From Squalus acanthias (taxonomy: Eukaryota), in contig JASTWF010000138.1 of assembly GCA_030390025.1 (NCBI GenBank), positions 682,001 to 746,000 of the forward strand: 64,000 nt of DNA, read 5' to 3'. The notes under the pieces were generated by a model that was not told where the DNA came from, searched no databases, and saw only the letters and a list, made by a program, of their open reading frames with translations. The first letter of the stretch is position 1. Each line of letters starts with the position of its first letter. Below, in pieces: positions 37,997 through 50,377 of the stretch. The position numbers and the translations under genes are program-made.

Positions 37997-38480
37997 ATGG
38001 GGGATATTCACCTCTTCCTGTTCGTATTATCCTATGAGTATTACCAATCTGGTTTTAATCTTTCTGCTCTATAAACTGCTGTACCTCAATGTCAATGGGG
38101 TTGGGAGGAGACTCGTGTGGAGCATAAAGACAGGTATTGACCAGTTGGGACGCACGACTGTTTCTGTGATGTACATTCTGTGTAATTCTTAAATTGTGTC
38201 CAAAGATGCTCCAAGTTTGGCCCAGAATTCTCAGCCTGCCCGAGAGTTCGCAGTGGAAGAAAACCCCGATAGGATCCAGTGCGGGTTCAGCACCACAGAC
38301 AACATCTGTTGGTACAGCCGACTGGAGAGCGAGGCCCCGGGATACATCCATTGTGGATTCAAAGGAGTGCGCCACCAAGGCCGGTTTAATATCCACACCG
38401 ACCGGGATCAAAGTCTGAGCACACTCGGCAGCGGCCAGGCAGAGTTGGCGGATACAGGAACCTATTACTGTGCCGTGGGC
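37997..38480 (+). pseudogene. Divergent TCR V segment with an extra Cys pair; leader donor mutated
   Basis: TATAAA at 37985; leader MGDIHLFLFVLS followed by ATGAGT (GT->AT); exon ...IQCGF...ICWYSR...YIHCG...DTGTYYCAVG; RSS CACAGTG-23-ACAATATCT at 38481-38519. Confidence 0.75.
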
Positions 38481-39456
38481 CACAGTGTGGGGGAAAGGTC
38501 CCGCTCTCCTACAATATCTCCTCTCTGAGCAAAGCCTTGGTAGATTGGGTGACAGTCAAATCGGTTCCGAAAACGAACAGTTTGTGCAAAGGGCGGTGGC
38601 ACAGTCCGCAATTATATTGTTAAACTTGATGAGTTATGCCAGAAATGTTAAGCTTTCTTTTAACTTCACTCAGAGAGTCCTTTCAATTCTTTGTCCCAGA
38701 GGGCTGTGAATGCTGAGTCTTTGAGTATATTCAAGTATGAGATAGATAGACTTTTGGACTCTAGGGGAATCAAGGGATATGGGGATAGTGCAGGAAAGTG
38801 GAGTTGAGGTCGATGATCAGCCATGATCTTATTGAATGGCGGAGCAGGCTTGAGGGGACGTATGGCCCACTCCTGCTCATATTTCTTATGTTCTTATGTT
38901 TTTAACTCTGTTGCATTATGGGTAACGAAATAGTAAATCAGATCTTTCGGTACTCAGCACATGGTGGGAACCGACCCTCATATTTGGAATAAATGTAGAA
39001 TTTGCTGGGGCAAAATCTCTTCTACTGCCTATAGCAGAACCAGGGCTAGGAAACGGATATACTTAATTCTGTGGAAATGGCGCAACTTATTATGCCATCA
39101 TAATACGGTAGATGAAAACCTCAATATTGTCCTCAAATAGAAAGAAATACTTGCCTTTAAACAGAGCTTTTCACCACCTCAGGACGTCCCAAAGCGCTTT
39201 ACAGCCAACGAAGTAGTTTTGAATTGTAGTCACTGTTGTGATGTCGGAAACGTGGATTTATTGTGAAACGCGATGCGCGCCTATACAGGTCAGGTTTACA
39301 ATATTACGGCTGATTGTTTGATTGGCTAGTCTGGCGCCAGTTCACTGGTTGAACAGAAGAGATGACTACAATTTAACGCTCTTTGCTTCTTTATTTCTTT
39401 CTTTCTCTCCTTTATTTCTCCCTTTCTTCCTCTCTTTCTCTATTTTATCACTCTTT

Positions 39457-40372
39457 AGGTGGGAAAGCAAGTTGTGAAGAGGTCACAAAGAATCTCCAAA
39501 GGGATATAGGCAGGTTAAGTGATTGGGCAAAAATTTGGCAGACGGAGTTTAATGTGGGAAAATATGAGGTTATCCACTTTGGTAGGAAAAATAAAAAGCA
39601 AATTATTATTTAAATGGAGAGAGATTACAAAATGCTGCAGTACAGAGGGATCTGGGGTTCCTTGTACATGAAACACAAAAAGTTATCAGGCAGGTACAGC
39701 AAGTAATTAGGAAGGCAAATGGAATGATGGCCTTCATTACAAGGGGGTGGAGTATAAAAGTAGGGAAGTCTTGCTACAACTGTAAAGGGCATTGGTGAGA
39801 CCACACCTGGAGTACTGCGTACAGTTTTGGTCTCCTTATTTAAGGAAGGATATACTTGAATTGGTGGCAGTTCAGAGAATGTTCACTAGGTTGATTACTG
39901 AGATGAAGGGGTTGTCTTATGAAGAAAGGTTGAGCAGGTTGGGCCTAAACTTATTGGAGTTTAGAAGAATGAGTGGTGATCTTATTGAAACATATAAGAT
40001 ACTGAGGGGGCTTGACAAGGTAGATGCAGAGAGGATGTTTCCCCTCGTGGGGGAATCTAGAACTCGGGGGCATAGTTTCAGAATAAGGGGTTGCCCATTT
40101 AAAACGGAGATGAGAAGTAATTTGTTCTCTCAGAGGGTCGTGAATCTTCGGAATTCTCTACCCCAGAGGGCTCTGGAGGCTGACTCATTGAATATATTTA
40201 AGGTGGAGATAGACAGATATTTTGAACGATAAGGGAGTCAAGGGTTATGGGGAGCGGGCAGGGAAGTGGAGTTGACGCCAAGATCAGATCAGCCATCATC
40301 TTATTGAATGGCAGAGCAGGCTCGAGGGGTAGAATGACCTACTCCTGCTCCTATTTCTTATGTTCTTATGTT
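39457..40372 (+). mobile_element. CR1 LINE, 5'-truncated
   Basis: RT C-terminus 39792-40232 and tail. Confidence 0.9.
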
Positions 40373-40495
40373 CTTTATTTATTTTTTCTCCTGTATTTCT
40401 CCCCTTCTTTCTTTCACTGATACACTGTTGGAGGGAGAGTGTATTGGAATATAATTTTTTGCTATCGTTGAACCTTCCCTGTATTGTATTCCCAG

Positions 40496-40776
40496 GTCTT
40501 TTGTGCAAAGCCAGAATATCTCAACCTCCTCGGTTGTTCGGAACTGCTGGGGAGAATATTGAACTTTGGTGTAATTACACGATACATGCTGAAGAAAGCG
40601 TGCATTGGTACAGACAATTCCTGAAACACGGGCTGAAGTACATAATCGCGGGGTTCACTGGTGAGACGGTAAAAGGGCGTTTCAGGATTTTGGTCAATAG
40701 AAAAACGGGGTTCGCCAGCCTCAGTGTCGAAGAGATCGCGGGATCGGACGCTGCAGTATATTACTGTACATTGAAG
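40496..40776 (+). CDS. TCR V exon, open, leader not recognised
   Basis: cccag|...ARISQPP...LWCNY...VHWYRQ...DAAVYYCTLK; RSS CACAGCG-23-ACAATAAAA at 40777-40815; upstream region is filled by CR1/SINE pieces. Confidence 0.85.
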
Positions 40777-41023
40777 CACAGCGTTACAAACACTGACTGA
40801 ACGCGTACAATAAAAAACCCCGCCCCTCTACTGAGCTCGCGGTTCCATCGCCACCGAAAATTTTATCAACACGTATGTCTATTTTTAGCCATTAATCTGA
40901 TGGTTTCTCTCGCTGTTTCTTTGTCTCCCTGTGATTACATAGAGATATAGACCCATATATCCTTAAAGACAGAGAAACGCGTGATCTGTTCATTACTTGG
41001 AGTTCCAGGAATGGTTTCTGCGG

Positions 41024-41297
41024 GACTGAGTTCCGGACAATCCGTCGAGCAGTGGCCAACTGGAAGGAACCTCGATGGGCATTGATTGTAATTATTCAAC
41101 CTCCGAACTACTACCTGGAGCTTTATCTTGAGAACCAGAACAAGACTCCCACTCGGATAATTCGAAGACATTCCTTTGGAAAGGACGAAGTTAACGGCCA
41201 TTTCTCCGTCATTCTGAACAAGCCGAAAATTTTCTGTTTTCACCCTCACTCAGCTGCAGCTCGCTGATAGCGCCGTGTATTACTGTGCACTGAGGCC
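41024..41297 (+). pseudogene. TCR V pseudogene (family B copy 2)
   Basis: Acceptor CAG->CGG, frameshifts, no leader; ends DSAVYYCALRP; RSS CACAGTG-23-GCAGTATCC at 41298-41336. Confidence 0.85.
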
Positions 41298-41377
41298 CAC
41301 AGTGAGAAGGGCCTCGGGACGCCTCGTGCAGTATCCGTGTCCTGTGAGATCAGCTCAAAGGAGATACTTTGAACCCG

Positions 41378-41394
41378 GCCACCAGGTGGCGCTG
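41378..41394 (+). promoter_or_regulatory. CTCF-binding motif GCCACCAGGTGGCGCTG
   Basis: Perfect core match, about 40 bp downstream of the RSS. Confidence 0.8.
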
Positions 41395-42038
41395 ACAGAG
41401 CGCGGAGTCCCACCGACGGGCACCTTACATCAACCAATACTGACTGACTCTTCCTCAATACAAATTGAGGTGAAATTTCTTTTTATTTAATATTTCTGCT
41501 CATTAATGTTATCCAATCCCTTGCAGTTGAATAATTTCACAAGTTAGTTAAGTGTAAATAATCTGTGCGCCTGGAGAACGTTTGGATTGGTGGCAGTTTC
41601 TTTCTATTTCCCACCGCTATTTCAGCCCCTGGTTTTAACCCACTTCGCTGATGAAGATTTCAGTAACTTTTGAATAATATAAGAAACCTACAATTCCTGT
41701 CACGAGCATGCTTGCTCCGAATTTGTAATGAATGTGAAACTAACGCAGCCCTTATAGAGAGGCAGAGTTATATCGTTTCCGAAGGGTGCATTATTATTGA
41801 GTTCAGTTCCTCACAGGTGGAAACTACGTGTGACAACACTGCCCGCGGCAGCCCCGCCCACAGCTTCCGTTTGCTGCTCTAGCTCTGACCCGCCTTGCCT
41901 GCCCTGTGTTATTGGAGAGATTGCTGCCGCTGTTCTCTGATTGGCATTGGTTGGATCAGCAGTGCAGTGGGGCGGGGATCAGTATTTCTGCTCCGACAGA
42001 GGATTTCCCGGACTGCAGAGTTACAGACTCGGAGCATC

Positions 42039-42508
42039 ATGCGGAACCGACTCGCACCGCTCCTCATCATTATATCACTTCTCAGTAAGTATATTTTTCC
42101 GAATATGAATCCATTCTCCCCCTGACTGATGTAACCCAGATGTTATTATTTGTAAAATGTTGATGATGATGATGATGATGACTGCTACGAATCTTTTATG
42201 TTAGAATGGAGCCACCAAGACACAGTGGAACAGCCGATTCCCGAAATGATGGTTGAAGAGGAAAGTACTGTCACGCTAAACTGCACCTTGAAAACAAGCA
42301 ATACTTCCCCTTATGTGTTCTGGTACAGTCAGTACCCCGGGCAACCTCCACAGTACGTGGTTTATATTATTGCAGGGATAGTAAATTGGAACCCCGACTT
42401 CAGCAACCGATTTAATTCTACGTTTAATAAAACTACCAAGACTTCCGAGCTAACGATCGGTAAAGCCCTGATCTCCGACGCCGCCGTATATTTCTGTGCC
42501 ATGAGCCC
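42039..42508 (+). CDS. Intact TCR V segment (family A copy 3)
   Basis: Leader MRNRLAPLLIIISLL (42039-42084) + GTAAGT; exon from 42205: QDTVEQP...TLNCTL...VFWYSQ...DAAVYFCAMSP. Confidence 0.92.
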
Positions 42509-42548
42509 CACACTGCTGCAGCGATACAGCGGATCCCGTACAAAAACC
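42509..42548 (+). other. RSS CACACTG-24-ACAAAAACC
   Basis: Consensus nonamer 24 nt after the heptamer. Confidence 0.88.
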
Positions 42549-42572
42549 CAGACTGAGTGTTCCGGTTAGTGC

Positions 42573-42587
42573 TCACCAGAGGGCGCT
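42573..42587 (+). promoter_or_regulatory. CTCF-binding motif TCACCAGAGGGCGCT
   Basis: About 25 bp downstream of the nonamer; paralogs at 2815-2829(-), 34565-34579(-), 44445-44459(-). Confidence 0.72.
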
Positions 42588-43337
42588 CTCACACCGATAA
42601 AAATAATCAAGAATTCAGCCTCCACAATGAGAGTCACCGTGAGATTCTAAAAAGGGCAAAAACACAACTCTTAACAAGAACTGGTGCTCCACGTGCGGAA
42701 TTATATTAGTTGTTGATTTCAACTCGTATTTATAGTAATAATAGAACTGCACAAATCATGTCTGCGGTGCCTCAACACAATTTTTGTGTTTAGATGCCCT
42801 TTCAGTGTCTGCCTGCAGTATTGTGCAGCCCTTTACACATCTCCCCTGTCAGTTTTCTTGACCCTTTCATCGTGGCCTGTACACAGGGTTTATTTGATCA
42901 GAGTATGTTGCTGGGTCAGAGACAGTTTATACATAATGAACAGATTTCACAAGGTAGTGATTTTACTCTTTAATACAGGCCCCAAGCACAGAGTTCCCCC
43001 AATGTCCATTGTCCTTCAGAATGTCTCTTTAATGCTGGAATATTTTCTGCCACCATTAACAATCCCTCAGCTTCCGGGTTACAATAAACGGACAAGAGTT
43101 TCATTCCCACCCCCGGTCTCTAAATGCGGAACCATTCCCCTATAAGGACACTGACTGTAGCCCAGCTCGAGGTGTTTCCATTCACTGGCAGCCAGCTCAC
43201 CACCTACCGGTCTCACACTGGGGACACAAGGAAGTGAGGTGAGAGCATCCTGAGACACGACAGCAGATTATTGAGGGCGGGGGTTAGAACGGGTGTCTTC
43301 AAATATCCAACCCCCTTTTACAGAGCGGACAGCGACA

Positions 43338-43802
43338 ATGCGGCTACTCAGCATCTGGGCTGTGTGGGGGGCATTTCTGACAGGTAATTGTGGACCAAAC
43401 ACATTTAATCTTTTCTCTAATTTCCAAGCATGGTTTGAATCTGAATTTTGAACACCCGCCGGTCTGATCTTTTGCTGGTTGAACATGTTTTTCAGATCTG
43501 AGTCTTGGAGATTCTGTCACTTAGCCGCTGTCCTGAGGAGTTGAGACAGAAGGAGAAGCGGCGAATTTAAGCTGTACCTATGATACTACACAGAGCGGCT
43601 ATTAATTATACTGGTACCGGCAACACCCAAACACACAGCCTGAGTTTATTCTGATGAAATACCCGAGCGGTTGTGAAGTTAAAGCAGAATTTGCTCATAC
43701 CCGCTTCTCTGCAAATCTCCAGATCTCAAGTAAATTCACCAGTTTAACCATCTCGGTGCTGCAGTTGACCGACACTGCAGTTTATTACTGTGCCCTGAGA
43801 CT
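43338..43802 (+). pseudogene. TCR V pseudogene (F-related)
   Basis: Leader MRLLSIWAVWGAFLT (43338-43383); exon from 43496 with three in-frame stops, ...LSCTY...YWYRQ...DTAVYYCALR; RSS CACGGTG-23-ACAGAAACT at 43803-43841. Confidence 0.88.
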
Positions 43803-44459
43803 CACGGTGATGGAAACCCGTTGAACCCTCGTACAGAAACTCCCGGCGCTTTACTGATCTGAGGTGAATCGAGTCCCGAGGGAGCAGCGAGAAACATGTG
43901 ACAATAGCGGCCTCTCGCTGCTATGATGGGAACTTTTACATTGTCGAGATACTGGATGTAAACACACAGTAAGTGAATCTGTGGGGCATTATCCAGCGCC
44001 CGTTTATGGGACGATGTATTGCAGCAATATTGATCACAAATGTCGATAACCATATATGGTCCACTTCAGTTTAAGTCTTGCTGATTCGTTTTCTTTTTTA
44101 CATTTGTCAGGGAAGCCAGTTGATTGAAGCTCGTTCAAAACAACATGAAACCACAGCGATGCCGAATATTAATTGCCGCGCCATAAAGGATGGAGATTCA
44201 TCTCATGATTCCCGTCCATCCAATATACTGTGGGATTATTTAATGTAACTGCAACCATTTTAAACTCTCGCTGAGCTGCCGTTATTATCTTTAATTATTA
44301 ATGCAAGTTGAAATCACCAACCAATATAATTCCGGCAAAGGACCTCACCTGGTCTTGTTGAGCCTTGTGTTTTGTTGCCCTTTTAAGAAGGTTCTTGTGA
44401 CTCACTGCGGAGGCTGGATAATTTCTTCTGTTTAGAGGCGTGAGAGCGCCCTCGGGTGA

Positions 44460-45227
44460 TGTTACGGAGTTGGAAATAGGCGGCGTTACTCATGCCACGG
44501 ATGTGTTGTCGGAAGCTCACTTCAGTGCCAAATATGACACCAAGGTTGCGAACAGTGTGGTTCAGCCTCAGGCAGAAGCTAGGGAGAGGGATGGAGTCAG
44601 TGGTGAGGGAACGGAGTTTGTGGCAGGGACCGAATCAATGATTTTGGTCTTCCCAATATTTAACTGGAGAACATTTCTGCTCATCCAGAACTGGATGTCG
44701 GACAAGCAGTCTGACAATTTAGAGACCATGGAGGGGTCGAGAGAAGACGTAGTGAGGTAGAGCTGGGTGTCATCCGCGTACATGTGGAAACTAACGCTGT
44801 GTTTTCAGATGATGTCGCCAAGGGGCAGTATGTGGATGAGAAATAGGAGGGGGCCAAGGATAGATCCTTAGGGGCTACCAGAGTTAACGATGCGGGAGCG
44901 GGAAGGGACGCCATTGTAGGTGATTCCCTGGCTACGATTAGATAGATAAGAATGGAGCCAGACGAGTGCAGTCCCACCCAGCTGGATGACGGTGGAGAGT
45001 TGTTGGGGAAGGATGGCGTGGTCAACCGTGTCAAAGGCTGCAGACAAGTCAAGAAGGACGAGGAGGGATAGTTTACCTTTGTCGCAGTCAGAAAGGATGT
45101 CATTTGTGACTTTGATGAGAGCTGTTTCGGTACTGCGGCAGAGGTGGAAACCTGATTGAAGGGATTCAAACATGGAGTTGCGGGAAAGATGGGCACTGAT
45201 TTGGGAGGCGACAACACGTTCAAGAAT
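44460..45227 (-). mobile_element. L2-like LINE internal RT fragment
   Basis: QSGF...STETAL...LLDLSAAFDTVDH...YADDTQLY. Confidence 0.88.
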
Positions 45228-45229
45228 AT

Positions 45230-45559
45230 CTCTCCATGGAGATAAAACACGCACTGTGGTGGAGGCTTCCCGAGGTGCTGAATGTACCAGAACACATAAG
45301 GGTTATGATCTCTTGTTTTCAAGGTGCAGTTAAGTGTGACAATACTTTCCTCTTCAACCAACATTTCAGGAACCGGCGGTTCCACTGTGTCTTGGTGGAT
45401 CCATTCTAACATAAAATTATTGTAATAGTCATCATCATGATTTTACCAATAATACCATCTGGGTTACAGCAGTCAGGGGGAGAATGCATTTTTACTAGGA
45501 TGGAAAAATTTGCTGAATAGTGATATAATGATGAGGAGCGGTGAGAGTCGGTACCACAT
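45230..45559 (-). pseudogene. Family A V copy 4, 3' half and RSS replaced by a LINE fragment
   Basis: Leader 45514-45559 (donor GT->GC); exon WIHQDTVEPP...LNCTL...VFWYIQ is cut in FR2/CDR2. Confidence 0.85.
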
Positions 45560-45814
45560 GATCCTCCCTGAGTCTGTAACTCTTCATTCTGGGAAATCCT
45601 CTGTCGGAGCAGAAATACAGATCGCCTCCCCACTGCACTGCTGATCTCACCAATGTCAAACAGGGAACAGCAACAACAAAAAAACTCCAATAGCACAGGG
45701 CAGGCAAAGCGGGTCAGAGCGAGAGCAGCAAACGGAAGCTGTCGGCGGGGCTGCCGCAGGAAGTGTTGTCACGCTTGCAATCCACATGTGCGGAACTGAA
45801 TTCAACAATAAATT

Positions 45815-46957
45815 AGGGCTCCTGGGATTGGTGGTAATATACTATCATGGATTGAGGATTGGTTAACGGACTGAAGGCAGAGAGTAGGAATAAACGGATC
45901 ATTTTCGGGTTGGCAGGCTGTAGCTAGTGGGGTACTGCAAGGATCTGTGCTTGGGACTCAGCTATTCACAATTTACATCAATGATTTGGATGAGAGGACC
46001 AAATGAAGTATTTCCAAGTTTGATGATGATACAAAGCTGGGTGGGAATGTAAGTTGTGAGGAGGATGCAAAGAGGCTTCAAGGGGGTATAGACAGGCTAA
46101 ATGAGTGGGTAAGAACATGGCAAATGGAATATAATGTGGAGAAATGTGAAGTTATCCAATTTTATATGAACAATGGACAAGAAGATATTTTTTTAAATGG
46201 TGAGAGTTTGGGAAATGTTGGTGTTCAGAGGGACCTGGTTGTCCTTGTACACGAATCACTGAAAGTAAACATGCAGGTACAGCAAGCAATTAGGAAAGGA
46301 AATGGTATGTTGGCCTTTGTTACAAGAGGATTTGTGTATAAGAGTAAAGACGTCCTACTGCAATTATATCGGGCCCTGGTGAGACCACACCTGGAGTATT
46401 GTGTACAGTTTTGGCTGCCTTACCTGAGGAAGGATATACTTACCATAGAGGGAGTGCAACGAAGGTTCACCAGACTGATTCCCGGGATGGGGAGATTGTC
46501 GTCTGAGGAGAGACTGAGTAGACTAGGATTATATTCTCTATAATTTAGAGGAATGAGAGGTGATCTCATTGAAACCTACAAAATTCTTACAGTACTTGAC
46601 AGGGTAGATGCAGGCAGGATGTTTCCCCTGGCTGGGGATTCTAGAACCAGGGGTCACAGTCTCAGAATAAGGGGTCGGCAATTTAGGACTGAGATGAGGC
46701 GAAATGTTTTCACTCAGAGGCTGGAGAATCTTTGGAATTCTCTACCCCAGAGGGCCGTAGAGGCTCAGTCGTTGATTATATTCAAGACAGAGATCGATAG
46801 ATTTTTGAATATTAAGGGAATCAATGGATTTGAGGGTAGTGCAGGAAAGTGGAGATGAGGTAGAAGATCAGCCTTGATCTTATTGAATGGCGGAGCTGGC
46901 TCGAAGGGCCAAATGCCCTGCTCCTGCTCCTATTTCTTAAGTTCTTATGTTCTTATG
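45815..46957 (+). mobile_element. CR1 LINE, 5'-truncated
   Basis: Degenerate RT and tail. Confidence 0.9.
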
Positions 46958-47348
46958 TCCCCTTCAGAAAGTATAGAACTCTGCATCTCTATAAGGGCTG
47001 CGCTACTTTCACATTCATTAAAATTCGGGGCAAGCAGGCTCACCACAGGGATAGCAGAATTATTATATTAATCAATAGTTACCGAATTCTTCATCAGTGA
47101 AGTAGGTTAAAACCAGGAGCTGAAGCTAGCGGTGGGAAATAGAACAAAGCGGCAACCGATCCGAATGTTCTGAAGCGCACAGCTCATTAATACTTAACTA
47201 ACTTGTGAAATTATTAAACTGTAAGGGTTTGTCTAACATTAATGAGCAGAAATATGAGAGAAAGATAAATGTCACCTTAATTTATGCTGAAAAATTGTCA
47301 GTCAGTGTTGGTTGAAGTAAAGTGACCGGCGGTGACCGGCGGCTCTGT

Positions 47349-47365
47349 CAGCGCCACCTGGTGGG
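47349..47365 (-). promoter_or_regulatory. CTCF-binding motif CCCACCAGGTGGCGCTG
   Basis: Perfect core match downstream of the relic RSS. Confidence 0.8.
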
Positions 47366-47406
47366 CGGGTTTAAAGTATCTCCTTTGAGCTGATCTCACA
47401 GAACAC

Positions 47407-47945
47407 GATTACTGTACGAGGTGTCCCGATGCCCTTCTCACTGAGGAAACAAAGTAAAAGAGAGATAAAGCAATAGATTAATGACTATATAAAGATAGAT
47501 AGAAAGTTGCATAAACAGAGATAGTGAAACAGAGAGAGAAGGACAGAGAGCCAGAGACAGAGAGACAGACAGAATGAAGGAGAGAGAGCGAGGGAGAGAG
47601 CGACCGAAAGAGAGAGAGAGCGAGCGAGAGACAGATAGAGAGAGAGACAGGGAGAGACAGAGGGAGAAACAGAGAGAGAGACAGACAGATAGACAGAGAG
47701 AGAGAGAGACAGAGAGAAGGAGAGAGAGAGACAGAGAGAAGGAGAGAGAGCTAGGGAGACAGAGAGAGTGACGGAGACAGAGTGAGAGACAGATAGACAG
47801 ACAACTAGACTGATCTAGAGATCGATGAATGGAAGACAGTTGTATCAATCGTGGAATGGACAGACAGACACAAATGTATAAATAAATAAACCAACCAAAT
47901 AACAAACGTTGTTAGACCCCAAAGAATGAAAACCCCAAACTCCAT
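47407..47945 (-). pseudogene. Family B relic: leader and RSS kept, V exon deleted
   Basis: Leader MEFGVFILWGLTTFV near 47897-47945; RSS remnant (CT)CAGTG-23-ACAGTAATC near 47407-47445; flank homologous to 8600-8812. Confidence 0.7.
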
Positions 47946-49940
47946 AATGGCCGCAGTCTCCCCACACTGGGACCCCGCACTTCACCCGATGCCTCCTCTC
48001 AGTTGCAGCTTTCGGACTGAAGGGGAGAATTTGAAGTGTTTCTGTCAGCACACGGAGTCCCCGTCATTTCCTGAATCAAACCAAGAGCCTGGTTTCAATG
48101 AGCTGCCGGTGATCATTGTCGCTGTCTGTGTTCATCATCACTGCCCGCGGCCCCGGCACACAGGCTCCGTGAGCTGTTCTGCTTTGTCCCGGACATCTGA
48201 TCATCCGATCCCGGGAATGGGTGAGGATTCTGTCTGACCGTTAACGGCCTCACCCACAATACCTGGACACATCCCGGAACTGCTCGGAAGTTCGATTGAC
48301 GTTTATTCTTCAAAAGGACTCTCATTTTAACCTTGATTAGAAATCGATGCTCACGCTTAATGAGGAATCGGTTTTAGGGTTTTCTTGTTGACGAAAAATG
48401 TTTCATTTGATAGAACTAGAACTTTTAACACGATGTTGTGGCAATGTCACTACCTCAGAATATTCCGTTAAGGACCGTTTACTCTCCAAAGTTTCAGTCT
48501 GTGTGTGTGTGTGTTTATCTCTCTGTGCTTGTTTCTGTGTATCTGTGTAGCCATTGCTCTATGTCAGGCGTGTGGTGACCACAGCCCTGATAAGTTGTTA
48601 AAGCTCTTTCATCTTAAACAACTCAGCTGAATATACACCAATAAACTCCATAATATATCAACCATTGTGTGTATCTGGATCACCATCACCTTCTCAATGG
48701 TAATTAGGGATGGGCAATAAATGCTGGCGTTGCCAGCGACGTCCACGTCCCATGAATGAATTAAAAAATGCCTGTATGTATTATTATGTGTGTATATGCC
48801 TCTGTGCGTGCAAATGCCTGTGTGTATAAACCTGTGTGTATATTTCTATGTGTGTGTATGTCTGTGTGTATTTATGTTTATATGTAAGTGTGTGTGTTTC
48901 CAATGTACTCGTACTCGTACATGCTCGTACTTTCCACCGGAGGGCGCTCTCTCATCACTTGAAAAAGATAATAATTCCCATCTGCAGGAAGTGGCTACTT
49001 AGAGAAATACGATTGGGCGGCGAAAAGAAATACCAGTCGATCTGATCAGATCCCCGCGTTGTTTCAGTTTCATCCATTTCAGTACAGGCAGTAATCAGAG
49101 TCTCTTGTCTGTGGAGTTCAGACTGGAAAATACAGCCTGATCCGATCGGGTTCCTCCAGTTAAAGTTATTGCTGTCATTGTTGGGATAAGCGAAATTTCT
49201 CAACCATTTTAACCCAGGGTCAAATTCAGACATTTCCACCCCAGTGTTAGCACAGAGCTGACTCTGGGATGAATAACAGGATCGATCTCTACAAATAAAT
49301 GTCCTGGGTGTCGTCAAGATCCGCCAGGTCACATTTTAAAAGCTATCTCACTGGTGCCGAGGGCTGTCCACTTATCATGGCCCTCGTAGTCTTGAGGGTT
49401 CGACTAGTAATGGAGCTCATTGACTGTGGTGGGAACTGAATCATACCGAGGATTGAATTGATTTAGATAATTTTTCTCTTTTCACCTTAATGAGAGACAG
49501 AGAGAGAGAGAGAAAGAGATAGAGAGGAAGACACCGAGTTAAACACAGAGAAAGACACCGAGCTAAACAGAGCGTGTGACACCGAGGCAGAAAGAGAGAG
49601 AGAAAGGGAGAGACAGAGAGAAACAGAGACAGAGAGATAGGCAGACAGAGAGCGAGAGTCAGAGAGGCAGAGAGAGAGATAGAGTCACTGACTCACTCTC
49701 ATAGCTTGGCAAGGATAGGGTTTGTAGGGAGACATCAGTAATTGATCCACAACTAACACTGATTGGTGCACAGCTGGTGTCAGTTCTGAGAGACCAGCCA
49801 ATCCTGTCCTTGGGAAACGCCCCTCAGTCTCCCAATAAGTGAAGTCTGCCCCTGATCTGAATTTACTCTTCAGTATCAGACTAGAAGGGACAACACATTT
49901 CAAACATTGTTATTTTTCATCGCAACCTGAATCAGACACC

Positions 49941-50377
49941 ATGTGCTCCCCATGTTCCTTATTGGTAATAATGATCGTGCTGCCCGGTGAGTCTATCTGT
50001 AAATTGTCAGTGCGTGTTCCATGGGTTATATTCACTCCAGACTTTTGACACATTCTTTATTTTGTTACAGGAACGACTGGCAAAGACTCAGTGTCCCAGG
50101 ATCCGACTGAATTAATGGTTCAGGAAGGACAAACCATTATACCGAACTGCAGTTACTCGGCAGTGTACACTGGCTCAACTCTCTTCTGGTACAGCCAGTA
50201 TCCTGGGGAAGCTCCCAGATATTTACTGAAGCGATATAGCTCGGTGTCCGGAGACAAGTCTCCAGATTTCCCAGACCGGTTATCTGCTGATTTGGACCAA
50301 GACAAGAAAACGGTTCCTTTAAATATCTCCGGGGCTCTTGTCTCTGACTCTGCCGTGTATTTCTGTGCGCTGAGCCC
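49941..50377 (+). CDS. Intact TCR V segment (family D copy 2)
   Basis: Leader MCSPCSLLVIMIVLP (49941-49986) + GTGAG; exon from 50071: KDSVSQDP...PNCSY...LFWYSQ...DSAVYFCALSP; RSS CACACTG-23-ACAAAAAAC at 50378-50416. Confidence 0.92.

Larger units (their letters stand above)
40900..43195 (-). repeat. Inverted segmental duplication of about 1-9235 (without its TEs)
   Basis: 43094-43194 = rc of 1-100; 42573-42890 = rc of 2170-2830; family A and B V genes appear in inverted order. Confidence 0.88.

Noticed and set aside
47897-47945. MEFG... leader resembling mammalian VH3 leaders
   Set aside because: Only four residues match; its paralog belongs to a TCR-type V.
49120-49140. Loss of the family C V in the duplicate as a RAG event
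   Set aside because: Breakpoints are near the leader ATG and about 80 bp past the RSS, with GAAA microhomology; an ordinary deletion.
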